Shown: piece by piece, positions 11,612 through 23,984 of the stretch
How the letters are laid out: each line of letters opens with the position of its first letter
Numbering within the stretch: position 1 is the first letter of the stretch
Source: Pavona decussata
Taxonomy: Eukaryota
DNA length: 64,000 bases
Direction: 5' to 3'
Assembly: GCA_977016875.1 (NCBI GenBank)
Contig: CDRNST010000049.1
Span: 5,208,001-5,272,000 of the forward strand
Made by a program: the position numbers and the translations under genes
Notes under the pieces: model-generated
The model's input: the letters and a program-made list of their open reading frames with translations, nothing else
What the model was told of the DNA's origin: nothing
The model's database searches: none

Positions 11612-14118
11612 TACAAATGTTCAATAAACTCAATGTTTGGAAAAGCGGAAGGGAAGATGCATATACGAGGAAATTGTTATAACTCTCAATGCCTTTTTTT
11701 GTAGCTTAAATAATTTTTCAAGTCTTGTTGCATAGTTATTTACCCATACAATATTTCCGTAATGGAGATAAGGATAAATGAGGCTATTAAATAACATTTT
11801 TAATTGTGGTTGATAAACATGAAAGCGAATCCTGCAAAGGATACCTATAGTTTAAGAGATTTTTTTGTAATATGACCGCTATGATGTTTCCATGTTAGGT
11901 TCTGGTCAATTATTAAGCCAAGGAATTTTGTCTTATCTACTCTTTGTATTTTTTTATTGTTTAGACTAATATTTAAGTTAGATTTTAATTTTTTCTTGTT
12001 AGATTTAAAAACAATAAAGTTACATTTTTTAACATTAAGCGTAAGTTAATTTAATGCTAACCATTCTTGAACGTGAGATAACTCCTCGTTTATCAGAGAT
12101 TCGAGTTTATTAATATCTTTCCCTGAGCAAAAAAGAGTTGTATCATCAGCAAATAAAATAAAAGACAGTTGTCTAGAAGAGTTAATTAAGTCATTAATAT
12201 AAATTATGAAAAGAAGTGGTCCAAGAACAGACCTTTGAGGAACTCCACATTTAATAGTCTTTTCCGTAGATCTCACATTATTGTATTTAACAATTTGCTT
12301 TCTGTTTGCAAGATAGTCTTTCACCCAATCATGACATTTGCCACGTATACCATAGAAATATAATTTCTGTAATAGGATATTATGACTCACAGTGTCAAAT
12401 GCCTTTGCAAATCCAGAAATATACCAACTGTATACTCATTGTTTTCTATTGCATTTGTTATTTTATCAACGAGTTTAACTATAGCATGGCTGGTTGAAAT
12501 TTTGCTTCGAAATCCGTATTGCTGATAAGATAAAATATTATTTTTATTTATATAATTAATTAGTCTTTTATGCATAAGCTTTTCCAGAATCTTTGAAAAA
12601 CAAGGAAGAACAGATATTGGTCGATAGTTTGAGAATACATTAGTATCAGATGATTTATAAACTGGCGTGATTAAGGCTATTTTAAATTCATTTGGAATTT
12701 TACCTGTTGCGAATGTAAGATTAAAAATATGATAATGCGATAAATGGGGCTACATGTTTAATAACTCTACTATTGATATCGTCAATTCCAGAACTAGATT
12801 TACTTTTCATTTTGTTAATTTCTGTTACAACCTCATTACAGTTTGTGTCATATAGATAAAAGGAGTCCTTGTAATTACCTTTTAAGTACTTACTGAATTC
12901 ACTTGAATTTTGATTGAACTCTTTAGCTAGATTGGGTCCAACATTAACAAAAAATTCATTGAAGTTATTTGCAATTTCGTCTGGATCTGAAATATTTTTA
13001 TTTTCATGTTCAAATGAAGTAGGTACAGTTCTGTTTGATTTTCCTATTCTTATTAATTTATTTATCGTTTGTCATGTTGATTTTAAATTGTTGTGAGCTT
13101 CATTTAACTTTCTATTGTAATAGTGCTTTTTAGCAATTCGTACCAAGTGATTCAATTTTTTGTAATATTTTTTATACTTGTTTTCATTATATGCAGTTGG
13201 ATCATTTAAAAATCTCTTATATAATCTTTCTTTTGTACTCAAGGATTTCTTTAACCCTTTTGTTATCCAATTATTTAACTTACTCTTATGTTATTTTCTT
13301 GAACGCTTAGTTGGAAAATGATTATCATATAGAGCATAAAAACTTCCCAAAATGCCTTTAATGACTCTGTTGGGTCGTTTAAAGATAACGTTTGTTGCCA
13401 ATCAACACTTTGAAGCTTATTGGCAAAAGATTCAAGAGATGATTTAGTGACTATTCTAGTTGTGCTATCTAATTCATATGTTTTAGACTGGGTCAGAGTT
13501 CCGAAATAAGTGATAGATAAAATAGGTAGATGGTGGGATATATCGCTGAGAATAGCGCCATTAAAATGCCCTTTTTCTTGGAAATTGTTTGTAAATATAT
13601 TATCAATTAAAGTAGCAGTGGAACGCCTTAAGGGGTAGTTTTATTATAAGTGGCATGTAGCCAGAAGAGGAAAACTGTTAAAAGAATTGATTGGAGAAAT
13701 TACAATGATCATACTCGAGTAAGTCAATATTAAAGTCTCCCATGATGTAACATGGTTTATTACGTTTATCTCAATTAGATAAAATTGTTTTTAAGTTATT
13801 TTCGAAATCATTAAAATGGCTGTTTGGCGGTCTATATATAGTTCCAATCACAATATTTTTAGTTTTTTCACTTACTATTTCAATAAACAAGGATTGAATA
13901 TTTTCGTTATTTGCTATTATGTTTATATCATTTCTTAGTCTAACATTCAAATTTTCTTTAGTAAAGATGCATATTCCGCCACCTACTTTATTTTTCCTAT
14001 TAATTATATGTAGATTATAGCCAGGAATTGCAAAACTATCACTACAGTCATTGTCATCAAGCCATGTTTCAGTTAGAGCTATTACAGAGAATTGCCAATT
14101 ATAAGTTAGTGAGTCTAA
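11612..14118 (-). mobile_element. LINE-A middle piece: APE endonuclease and RT, degraded
   Basis: IALTETWL and IYRPPN (13771-14130), NYRPISVL, FLD(L), GVPQRSVLGPLLF and FADDT; multiple frameshifts. Confidence 0.92.
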
Positions 14119-14222
14119 AGCGACCTTCACACAGCAAATTTTTGTTGGCTAACATGTGTTGGCCAACTCTTGCGTTCACACATCAAACAAACGTCAAATC
14201 GCAACATACGCCAACTCGCAAC

Positions 14223-17200
14223 ATGGCGTCCGTGGTGCAATGGCACACACGGAGAGTTGCCGCTTCAGGCTTGCTTTTGTTTTACATTTTTCGTCGAAGA
14301 AAAAAACAAAAAGCGATGGAAGAAGGGTTTGGGTAAAACCATACATAGCAAGAAATCCTTCCCTTGGTGTGTACAATACGCTCGTGCAAGAACATCGTGC
14401 AGAGGATGAAGCCACGTTCAAATTTTTTTTCGGATGAATCAAGCTTGCTTCGATGAGCTTTTGGAAATGGTTCGACCACTAATACAGAAAGAGGACACCA
14501 ACATGCGCCAGAGCATCCCAGCTGGCGAGAAATTAGCCCTTACCTTGCGATATCTTTCGACTGGTGAGTGTTTTTATTCTTGTTATGCATCCAGATTTTT
14601 GTTGGCTCTTATACGAGCAAAGTCATGCGATCCAGCAACGACCAGAAACATCCCTTTTCTTGCAAGACTATATTCCATATTAACACTTTGCAAAAATATC
14701 GTACATCTTTGACGTCTCCAAAATGAAATATTTTGTGAAGTTTATTCAGTTTTCACGGCAATCGATTTCACGATAAACAAACGGAGCGGACCGCTGAGGA
14801 GACAACACGCCTCGCTCGAGCTCCTCTTCACAATTCACATCACATCTTTACCCGATTTAATTCCTGGATATCAACAGTCAAAAATTTAATTTCAACCGTA
14901 TCAGACTATTAAAAAGATTTTAATAAATGTCAAGTTGTGATTTCCCCCTGATAATCAATGTTTTTAAACCGACTTTCGATCGCTTTTTTTTCTTTTGCTT
15001 TTTTACCACCTGAAGCAAAAAATTATGTCTGGCGGCTTTTTTGGAATTGAAGGACTACGGTACGTTTGTCATGCAGATATACTCTTGTAATCTAAATCTC
15101 TCATGAAGAATTTTTTCCCTCAAATGATTTCTTCTATAAGTACTAGCGAAAGCAGTTTCGTCTAGCAGTTTATTAACTACACTTGCACTGTCATCTATGA
15201 AAACTGAAAACAGTGATGAAAATAATTAATTATCTACTATACATATTTCTAGGAGAGTCATATACGAGCCTTCACTTTATCTTCAGAATAGGGACTTCAA
15301 CTATTTCAGAATTTGTACCTGAAGTGTGCCAGGCTATTTATGAAAGTCTTAAGGGTAAATATTTACAGGTATGGTAATAATGTTTTTTAGCATAATTATA
15401 AGTTTTAAAAACGAAATAACACTTCAATTATAGTTTGCCAATCAGATGGGAGCTGTATGATTCTTACATCCTAGTGAACTCTGCATGTTGTTTTCCCTTG
15501 TTTTATTCCCATCTGAATGGATGTGGGTTAATAATTGTTTTAAAGTGCGTCCAAGACATAATGTGGGTTGCAGAGTTGAGGGGGCTGGAATAGTATTCCC
15601 TGATGTGGAATGCATGGCATGTGACTGCACCCAACATTCAATGTGGTCATCAGCCTAGTTTCTTTAATAGGGTCTGCGGTTTTTACTTGACACTGATTTA
15701 GAAAGTTTCATTGGCCAGAAAATATTTTGCCCCACCCTTCCCTTTGTTATGGGAATTCAAGCTATTGACACAGAAAGTTGTTGCGATAATTTAGTGATGA
15801 ATTTCATGGCATCAAACCATTTTAAAAGTTATAAATTACAAGTTCATTTTTTAATTATAATTTAGAACAACGATTTTGCTTTACATAGGCAAGCGGTCTT
15901 CATGACGCCAATGTCAAAAAAAGTAAATGATTATAAAGTTCGTGAGTTGAAAAGCTTTAACTAAAATTTACATAATAAAGAAAGCGGTACAAGACATTAC
16001 AAAAAAACTTTTACGTGGACGTGCAATCATACTCTATCCCTGCAATAGTATTCCTGTAATGTCTTATATTGTTTTCTTTATTCCGAAATTTTAGTTTTAT
16101 CTTGTTGTAACTTGTTAACTGGATGACTTTATAATCATTAACCATTTAATATGTCAGCCCTTTATTAGGGCTACCTATGGTGGTGTATGTAATACTGTCT
16201 GCAGAACTTGATGGCATTCATGTCTGTGGTAATACACATAGGCTTGCCGCATTCGCAAACTGCCCTGGCCATGTCATATGATTGGTGTGTTCCGGTACCA
16301 AAGGATCCTCTCCAAACTCTGCATCAACAAGCAGCTGCTGTATCTTGAGTTTGACCATTTCTTTGGATCGACCCCCTGCAATTTTCTTCCTGTGCCCCGC
16401 AATCACTTGCCCAAAGAGATCGTCGTCGTCATCATGGTTTGGGAATGGGACTGGGGGTTGACTTTTCATAACATTAAGGACGCACGTCAGAATGTCCTCC
16501 TCCTCATGAGCTGCTTTCCTCTTCTGCGAGACTTTTGAAGAAGTTGGAGGAGTTTCATTCTCTTTGCTTTCTTGAGGAATAGTGTCATCATCATTCTAAA
16601 GAAAACATAATTTCCTCTAAATAGTTAAGAAGGGTGATATAGATCCAATAAATATGATAAATATGTAGAAAAACTATCTAAAATGATTGTTATTCAATGC
16701 CATTTCAGGTTCCCTCATCTCCAGAAGAATGAAATGAAGTTGCAAATGGCTTCAAGACAAAGTGGAATTTTCCAAACTGTTTGGGAGCTTTAGATGGCAA
16801 GCATATTGCCATTAAAGCTCCTGAACACAGTGGAAGCACATTCTATAACTATAAAGGCTTTTGCAGCATCGTGCTTCTGGCGCTGGTGGATGCCGATTAC
16901 AAATTCACCTTTGTAGATGTAGGGTCCAATGGCAGAATAAGTGATGGAGGGGTATTGAGGGAATCGTCCCTACAAGCAGCTCTGGATAACAACAGCCTCG
17001 GGTTACCGCCTCCCACCTGTCTCCCGGACAGGTCAACTCCAGTGCCCCATGTTATCGTTGGGGATGAGGCATTTCCAGTGAGGGCAAATTTAATGAAGCC
17101 ATATGCAGCTAAAGGCTTGGATAATCCATCCAGGGTATTTAATTACAGGCTCTTGCGAGCTCGGAGAGTGAGCAAAAATGCCTTTGGCATTGTGGTCCAC

Positions 17201-17512
17201 AGGTTTAGAATCCTTCAAGTAGCAATTCAACTTGAGCCCAAAAAGGCAGAGCTAATTGTTCTTGCAATTGTTGCATTGCACAATTTTCTACGCACAAAGT
17301 GTGCCGAGTATAGTCACTCTGTGGCTGATTCTGAGAACGCAGCACATGAGATGGTACCTGGTGAATGGCGGAAGAATCCAAATGCCCAGTTACCCTCTGT
17401 TTCCCTGCAAGGATCCAACAGGAGCTCCACACACGCCAGGGAAATTAGGAAAAAGTTCCTTGATTATTTCATTACTAATGGTCAGGTAGATTGGCAATGG
17501 GATATAATTTAA
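14223..17512 (+). pseudogene. Harbinger (HARBI1-like) transposase; exons 14223-14563, 15253-15368, 16709-17512
   Basis: RVWVKP...RM...LALTLRYLSTG | ESYTSLHFIFRIGTSTIS | GALDGKH...GRISDGG...GDEAFP...FNYRL...NAFG. GT-AG introns are in phase. Exon 1 has frameshifts and exon 3 has an early TGA. Confidence 0.9.
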
Positions 17513-18374
17513 GATGTTCAAATGGCCTTAGCCTAAAGCAGGTAGACTACGAGCAGACTCTTGACCTCAGTTTTCCAATCTGATGAAATTCGCTAGCACT
17601 GTAATTTGATAAGGCCAACTTCCATGAGTTCAATCTCCTTTTTTTTTTCCAACCACTGTTGTGCTTTCAAGAAAATCTTATCGTTCAAAATTTGATTTTG
17701 GGCACTTCAAGCTTACAAATTGTCTAATAAACACCAATATTGTGATTGCCACCAGAAAAAAGCAGACAACATTTTGTTCAATCATGTTCACCTTACACTT
17801 GCCTGTCGGGCAACCTGTGATGAGAAGGAGATAGCCCTACCAAACATTCCACTAGCCCTGGGCTAACAGACAGACTTTTTGTTGTTCCCTAATTTAGTGA
17901 GTGCTAGTATTGGTTTTGAGTGTTGAGAGAAGTGCATAGTTTCAAACTGTGTTTTTGTCCACTTAACAATAGTGAATTAAAGACTGCTCGTAGTCTCAGT
18001 AAAAACAGGTGCCCAATATACCGTATTCATTAATAGGTGACGAGATTTAATTCATAATTAGGTTGCATATATGCTGGACAAAGTACATAATTTTCATGTA
18101 CAGTAACATTGTTGAATTTTCTAGTTTTTATAATAACTACAGCTGAAACTTGACATGTCAATTAGCCGTGGCCATAACATACTCACCAAGTTTGATAATG
18201 ACTTGCGTTTCATAATTTGATCTTTGAGAAAAGCATCGAGTGCATCATAATACACCCAGCTGGAAATGTATACGTCTACAGTTCCTGCTCCACTTTTGAT
18301 GGATGCTTTCTCCTTTTTATGCTCTTTGCTGTAATATGTAGGTAACCTGTTCCACTTCTTTTTAACTTCTTCTG
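16146..18374 (-). pseudogene. MADF/BESS (Myb/SANT-like) gene, copy a; exons 18374-18187 and 16595-~16146
   Basis: EEVKKKWNRL...KSGAGT..YISSWVYYDAL (MADF C-terminal half) and DDLFGQVIA...KLKIQQLL (BESS-like). Splice sites tag| and |gtgagt are visible. Confidence 0.8.
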
Positions 18375-20668
18375 CTATATATGTACAGAACATATTATAA
18401 AACATGATAAAACTGTTTTGAAAATATAATTTGGTTTGCAGACTGTTGGTAAACTAGCATGTTTCAGATGTTCAGATAAAAGGAGAAGGCATGAAGTTCT
18501 GAAGAACAGTGGAGAGCAACCAAATAAAAATGGGAGACTGGATGAAGGGGAGCCTCTCATTTGCCCCTTAAATTTTCTCACTGTCATCTACATCTTTGCT
18601 TGCTTCACTATTATCTGAATCCCTGGAACAGAGACTTAAAATTGCAGGTCAGCCTAACAACAAAACAAACAAGATTATACCATTTAACTAGTCGATCCCG
18701 GATCCTAAAACCAAATGTTATGATAGCTAATAATTATCACACGTGGAAGACCGCGGAAACTTGAAATCGCATCAACAAAGGTCTGCATCGCGTTTTGAAG
18801 AGAGCTGAATCAAGCGATTTGTCTTCGCGCTACTACCGTGTCAAACTTAGTCAATCGAATGAAATTCGACTCAAGAACTACGTTTGAAACCAACTCATGC
18901 TACTGCCGTGTACTTCGGCAAAGCTTGCTGTGCTACACAGGAGTACACGACTTGGTTCCAAACGCCGAGCTACTGCCGTGGCGATTTAAAAACAAATAAA
19001 TTAACATTTTGGATAAGTATCAATTGCAGCATTCGTCCTCTATTTGAAAGCTATTTGAAAGCGGCTTAAAAAAAACCAGACATTTGTTTACTTTGCAATC
19101 ATCTTATTTATTTCAAACGTTTCTGACATTGCAAAATAACAACTCTTTAGTTACAATGGTTAAGAAAAATGGCTAAAAAGATCATGAAATCAAAATGTTT
19201 ACAGTGAATTCTAGTTTTCCCTGTGAGCAAACCTACTTGCTCGACACCTGGCGTTTATTTTAGTCTTAATAAACTTCCATTGCTTTTCTTTTTCTGCCTC
19301 TGATTCCACGGGAAACTTATTAAAAACTAAAACCTTTAACATATTTAGCTTGCGACCACTTAAACATTGTTTATTGTGGCTTCCATCAGTGTGTCCGCTA
19401 CTCAGTTCTTCTATACTAAAGAAGAGAGGAAGGAGCCTCACTGCGCATCGGTGCCTCAAGACTTCCCCTTCAAGCACAGTTCAAACACATTGTATCCTAC
19501 TTGGAGTAACGCAGGTCTGTAAAACATCCTCTCCGACCTGGTCCACGGCTTTGTTATCTGAGAGGGACACTACAGGAGTAACGGGTGTTAAAGGAATTGG
19601 CGCTTATTGTTGCTGGCTGGTGGTCGTTGGTGGTGCTTGGTGCTGCTGATATGGGTGTTGCTGGCGTATTCGTGGAAAATTCATCGCTCAAACTCTCAAA
19701 GTCCTCAATGTCAATCGTCTGTAGTTCTGTTGCGGGAGGGATGCTACACGAAGCAGAGAGGTCACCAAATGACGGCACTAAATTATCAGGATCTTTGATC
19801 CGCGTTATAGAGAAAAATGATATATAAGCGTTACGAGTGTAAAGACCAATAACGTGAAAAAAAGCAAAAACACTTCTTTCTGGCTTTCCTTCGGCTGCTA
19901 CCGACTTTTGTCATGTTGACGTCGCTAAAATAACAAAATGACGCCGATCAAGAGACTTTGTCCGGATGCGTGTTTCATTTTCATTGACTAGTAATAATCA
20001 AAGATCAGAAAGTGCGTTCGAAGTGATGCAGGAGAAATCAACATCAAATTTGCTTATAGGAGCCAAAAAGCTTTTGGTTTTCTTGCGTAAATGCAAATAT
20101 CTTGTCAGTGCACATGCATAATAATTATGCTTCGCCTCTACGCAAAGCGATCGCTTGATGGCAAATAGATTGCGTTCACAACTGCGAGGATCATTCTTCG
20201 TTTGGTTTTGAATTCGAAAATGCCAATCAATTTTTACCGCCCCGAAGCATCTCTGAATGTTATAGGTTGTATTTTGGAAATCGAGGAGATCTAAACACAA
20301 AACAGTCTTTCTGCAAGTATGAAGATGATTCTCTCTGCCTACCACAGTCTCTAACGATTCCAGTCGCTTCTCAATTCTCGACAATCTGTTTGCCATGTTC
20401 CCCTCCAACAGTGAGTCTTCAAATTTTTCAAGCATCTACGAGAAAAGGAAAATAGATTATTCTTTCTGTTAATGCATGCTTAATGCCATTTACATCTGCT
20501 GCGAGTAAGACTGATTTTACTTTAACAATCAATTGGCTGTGAAACACCCTGTTCAGAGTTTTGTCTTAATGACAAATGTGTAAAATATATCTACAAACGA
20601 TGTGCCAATATTTTTATAAACCACCTGACAGAATTTATTTCAAACGGGAAAAGCCCATTTCCCTACAA

Positions 20669-20903
20669 GGTAACCAGTCATTTCGCCTACGAGTTGTTTG
20701 GCCAACAGCCAGTTTGCTAATGTCTTAGGTCAGTTAGCCATACCATGACTAGTGAGCCACCAAATTACTAAAACAAAAACCTTTCTCGTTATTTAAACTA
20801 TCATTAGGACGAGCGAATCGCATTACTCATTAGCAAACTGACTTACGACTTTGGTGAATTTTCTGTTAGCGAAACATTTCGTAGGCGAAACGACTGCAAT
20901 TCC
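20669..20903. mobile_element. MITE with GG...CC ends and a 7-8 bp TSD
   Basis: cagtcatttcgcctac / gtaggcgaaacgactg inverted ends; (C)CCTACAA duplicated on both sides. Confidence 0.75.
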
Positions 20904-21253
20904 CCTACAAAGTTATTGAATTTTTCTGTCTTACCTTACAAAGGGTTTCTTGACCGACCAGCTGGTTTCTCAGAAGTACGCACTCTTGTTGTTTTGACTC
21001 AAGTTGCTTTTTGATTGCGCTGACCTAGTCGGCTTCTGTGCCACTATCTAATCCTGCTTTCTTTGCCGCAGATAGTTGGCGGTTTGCGGACCATTCGGCT
21101 TCCCTCTTGCATTGTTCTTCGAGGAACTCTTGATAGGGATCTCCAATGGTTGTTGCTGATTCTTTTCCCGACACCTAGGGTCAACACAAATTACTTTGTC
21201 AATTCTAAAACCGTTTACTTTAGGTTACCGTATACCTTTAGACCTTTAAACTA

Positions 21254-21429
21254 CAGTCGACTCCCGATAACTCGAACCCTCGCTAACTCTGACCTTGTGC
21301 TAACTCAAACCAATTTTCCTTTCCTTTCAGGCCATTTTCTAGATAACTTTACCCTCAATAACTCGAACTCACGATAACTCGAACCTTTTTCAATTTCCCT
21401 TGAAGGTTCGAGTTATTGGGAGTCGACTG
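21254..21429. mobile_element. Tc1/mariner (pogo-like) MITE
   Basis: TIR CAGTCGACTCCCRATAACTCGAACC; TA TSD. Confidence 0.9.
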
Positions 21430-22068
21430 TATAGATACCTGAACCCTTGAATCAAACTGTACCAAGAATTTTGAAATAAAATAAATTGCCGAATTTTTAG
21501 AACTGTTTCCTCGAATCAATATTTTCACTTTGAGGAGTGACTTTCAAGAGGTAAAACTCAAAGGGACAGTAGCTAGTTTAACATATAAACAACAAAACAA
21601 TGTCTGTGAATTTTTTCTTTCGAAATACTTTTTCTCGGAGAGCAATTTTTGTACGATCACTTCTATTACGAAAATGTTCTGTAACTGTAAGTGTTTCGGA
21701 TGCTCACATTTAGAGGTCGTGAAAAATTCGACAATTTATTTTATGTCATAATTCTTGGTATAGTTCGGTAACCAGCCATATAAGCTTTAATTTGATATGG
21801 GGGTTTAGGTATCTATTGTTAAAACTGGACGCGCTACATTGTTCGGGCGCAAGACACCTCTGAAGCTATACGATAACCTCAACTTACTTGACGGCACAAA
21901 CAATCTTTATAGACAATAAGTATGACAGGAAAACAGTTTACCTCTTTAACCGTCGCCTATCTTTGTGTCAACTAAGAACAACAATCACTATCGCCCTTCT
22001 CTTACAAAGCCAGGTTGTGTAACATACGTACTTTGAAGGGGTAAAGGAAACTATGCATACGAGGTCAG

Positions 22069-22305
22069 GGGCCCGTTTCTCGAAAGTCCCAGTAACTAAC
22101 TTGACCCGATAAGTGATTTTGATGATAAATGTTTCTTAGCAGAAGTCAATTTGTTAGCTTTGAATACTAAATTTTAAAATCTTGTAACTGTATGAAAATA
22201 TTGGCTAAGTACCATGTCTGTAATCACTGTGTAATCGGCGAAAAAACAATTAAAAATGTACTTATCGGGAACAGTAAGTTACCGGGACTTTCGAGAAACA
22301 GGCCC
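22069..22305. mobile_element. Harbinger-type MITE with CWG target
   Basis: TIR GGGCCCGTTTCTCGAAAGTCCC / GGGACTTTCGAGAAACAGGCCC; CAG TSD. Confidence 0.85.
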
Positions 22306-23392
22306 CAGGTTGTAGCAGCTTTGGAAAGCACGGTTCATGCCCAATTTCGCTGAAACTAATTAAAACATCTCATGCCTTGTAATCTTTGTTTGGTGCCGCC
22401 TTTTTCCTGGATGGCTGGATCGGTTCGGTTATTTTGTCAGACTCCTCTGTTAACAAGTTCTTTTTCGACCATTCGATGTCTATCTCAGCTAGGGTATCCT
22501 CGTTATCTAAGATTGGAAAGAGATCATGAGTGTTGGTGTCATAATCCAATTTATGCAGTAACAGAGTTTGACGTTTTGCGTGGTAAATTTATTCGCCCAT
22601 TGACAATTGTCGCTGGAGATCAGACTACGAAATTTTCCACTGTCCAACATCAGGACCAATTTCTCGCAAACCAATAGGAAGTAAGAAAATACCTGACACA
22701 GTTTGTTAGCTTATCATCTCTTGACTGATATAGTGGAGTTAGTTTGGTTATACGTGTTAAGACGTTGTTCATCGTCTGAAATCAAGTGCGATCGTGATCG
22801 GGATTACGTTCGAAGGAAACTGAGGGAAATCACGCTTAAACACAAAAAGTTCGTGCAAATCAACAGTTACTCGAGCACACAACACTTACCGTTTAGTGCT
22901 AAAATTTCTGCCTCCACCTTTTTTCCTTGCCAATTGACCGTGACTTTTGGGTGTTCCTTTAAATTTCCTCTCTCTAAGATTAATCGGGTTGGCGCTTTCC
23001 CAGTTCTCCTCTCCCGAGGAAAATACAGCAACACCTTCAAACGCCACTTGCTTCTCTCCTTGCAAAATTGCCTTAAAGTAAGTGCCATAATGACAAAATC
23101 TCTATTTTGGACGTGTTAGTTGACTGTGTAGATTGAAATCAGCATGGTAACACGCGTGTTGTGGAGAAGCCTTTTATACTCGAAACAAACTCAAAGTGGA
23201 TCGAAATCCTTAAGTTTTCATTGGATGAAAGCAATCCTTTGTTTTATACTTTACCGAGTGTGGCTGTTCTTTGCATTTTAAATACAGCAGCGGACCGCAC
23301 TGGAAATGACTTCTCGCCGGAATCACTAAAAGCCGGTCGAGGTTTGCAAAATTTTAATAGAACAATAAAAATACAACATATTTTAATGTGAA

Positions 23393-23907
23393 TGTAACGG
23401 GGGCGGATATTGACATCGGGTTTCTTTCAGATCAGTTCAAATATTCAGATCAACATCGCCGTCGGAGAAACGTTTTATAGACAGAGAATCCCGAGCATCT
23501 ATTCTAACTTGTTTATTATACTTGAAATTCCCGTAAAAGCTGAAAATAATAATCGAAAAGCGAGCGATTACAATAGATTCTAAGATAATTCTACTGGGAG
23601 CACGTGGCATGCATGAAAACGATTACCTAGAATAACTCTAATAATATAACGAAATCACTAAAACTAAGAAATAACAACACTACTAGGACTGAACTTAAAA
23701 ACTATAAAACAAGGAAACATACCTCTTTCTCCGATAGAAACTATCTTAATGGCACACGCGTCTTTCTTACTTTCGATCCGTACAATTCTCTATGTGACAC
23801 TGAAAACTGATCCGACACGCGCAAAATACAAAGAAGCTTCGGATGATTAAAATAGAAATGGAAATGACGCGAGTCACGCAACGAAAAACTAATAGCTAAC
23901 ATTTACA
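23393..23907 (-). repeat. 3' LTR of BEL/Pao element
   Basis: 515 bp; by eye differs from the 5' LTR by 5 substitutions and 1 indel. Confidence 0.97.
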
Positions 23908-23984
23908 TGGCTCCCCTAAATTACGACAGAAATTTACATACTAGAATCAACCAAAACTAACTAAAATAATGTTCAGTGGGCTGT

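Larger units (their letters stand above)
19211..23088 (-). pseudogene. Multi-exon BEN-domain gene (exons 23088-22890, 22506-22376, 21174-20935, 20435-~20260, ~19806-19211)
   Basis: C-terminus AVRLLPLFFSIEELS...L...KFP...WKFIKTKINARCR is a BEN domain. The first three exons join in compatible phase; a few stops and frameshifts. Confidence 0.7.

Noticed and set aside
16781-17512. Domesticated host HARBI1 gene
   Set aside because: Lies within TIRs and TSD with a MADF partner, and carries disabling lesions.
18738-18752. CACACGTGGAAG as left TIR partner of the 35206 end
   Set aside because: Only 6 exact matches, no TSD and no subterminal array.
20170-20205. SINE-like 3' fragment
   Set aside because: About 35 bp with no A/B boxes; too short to call.
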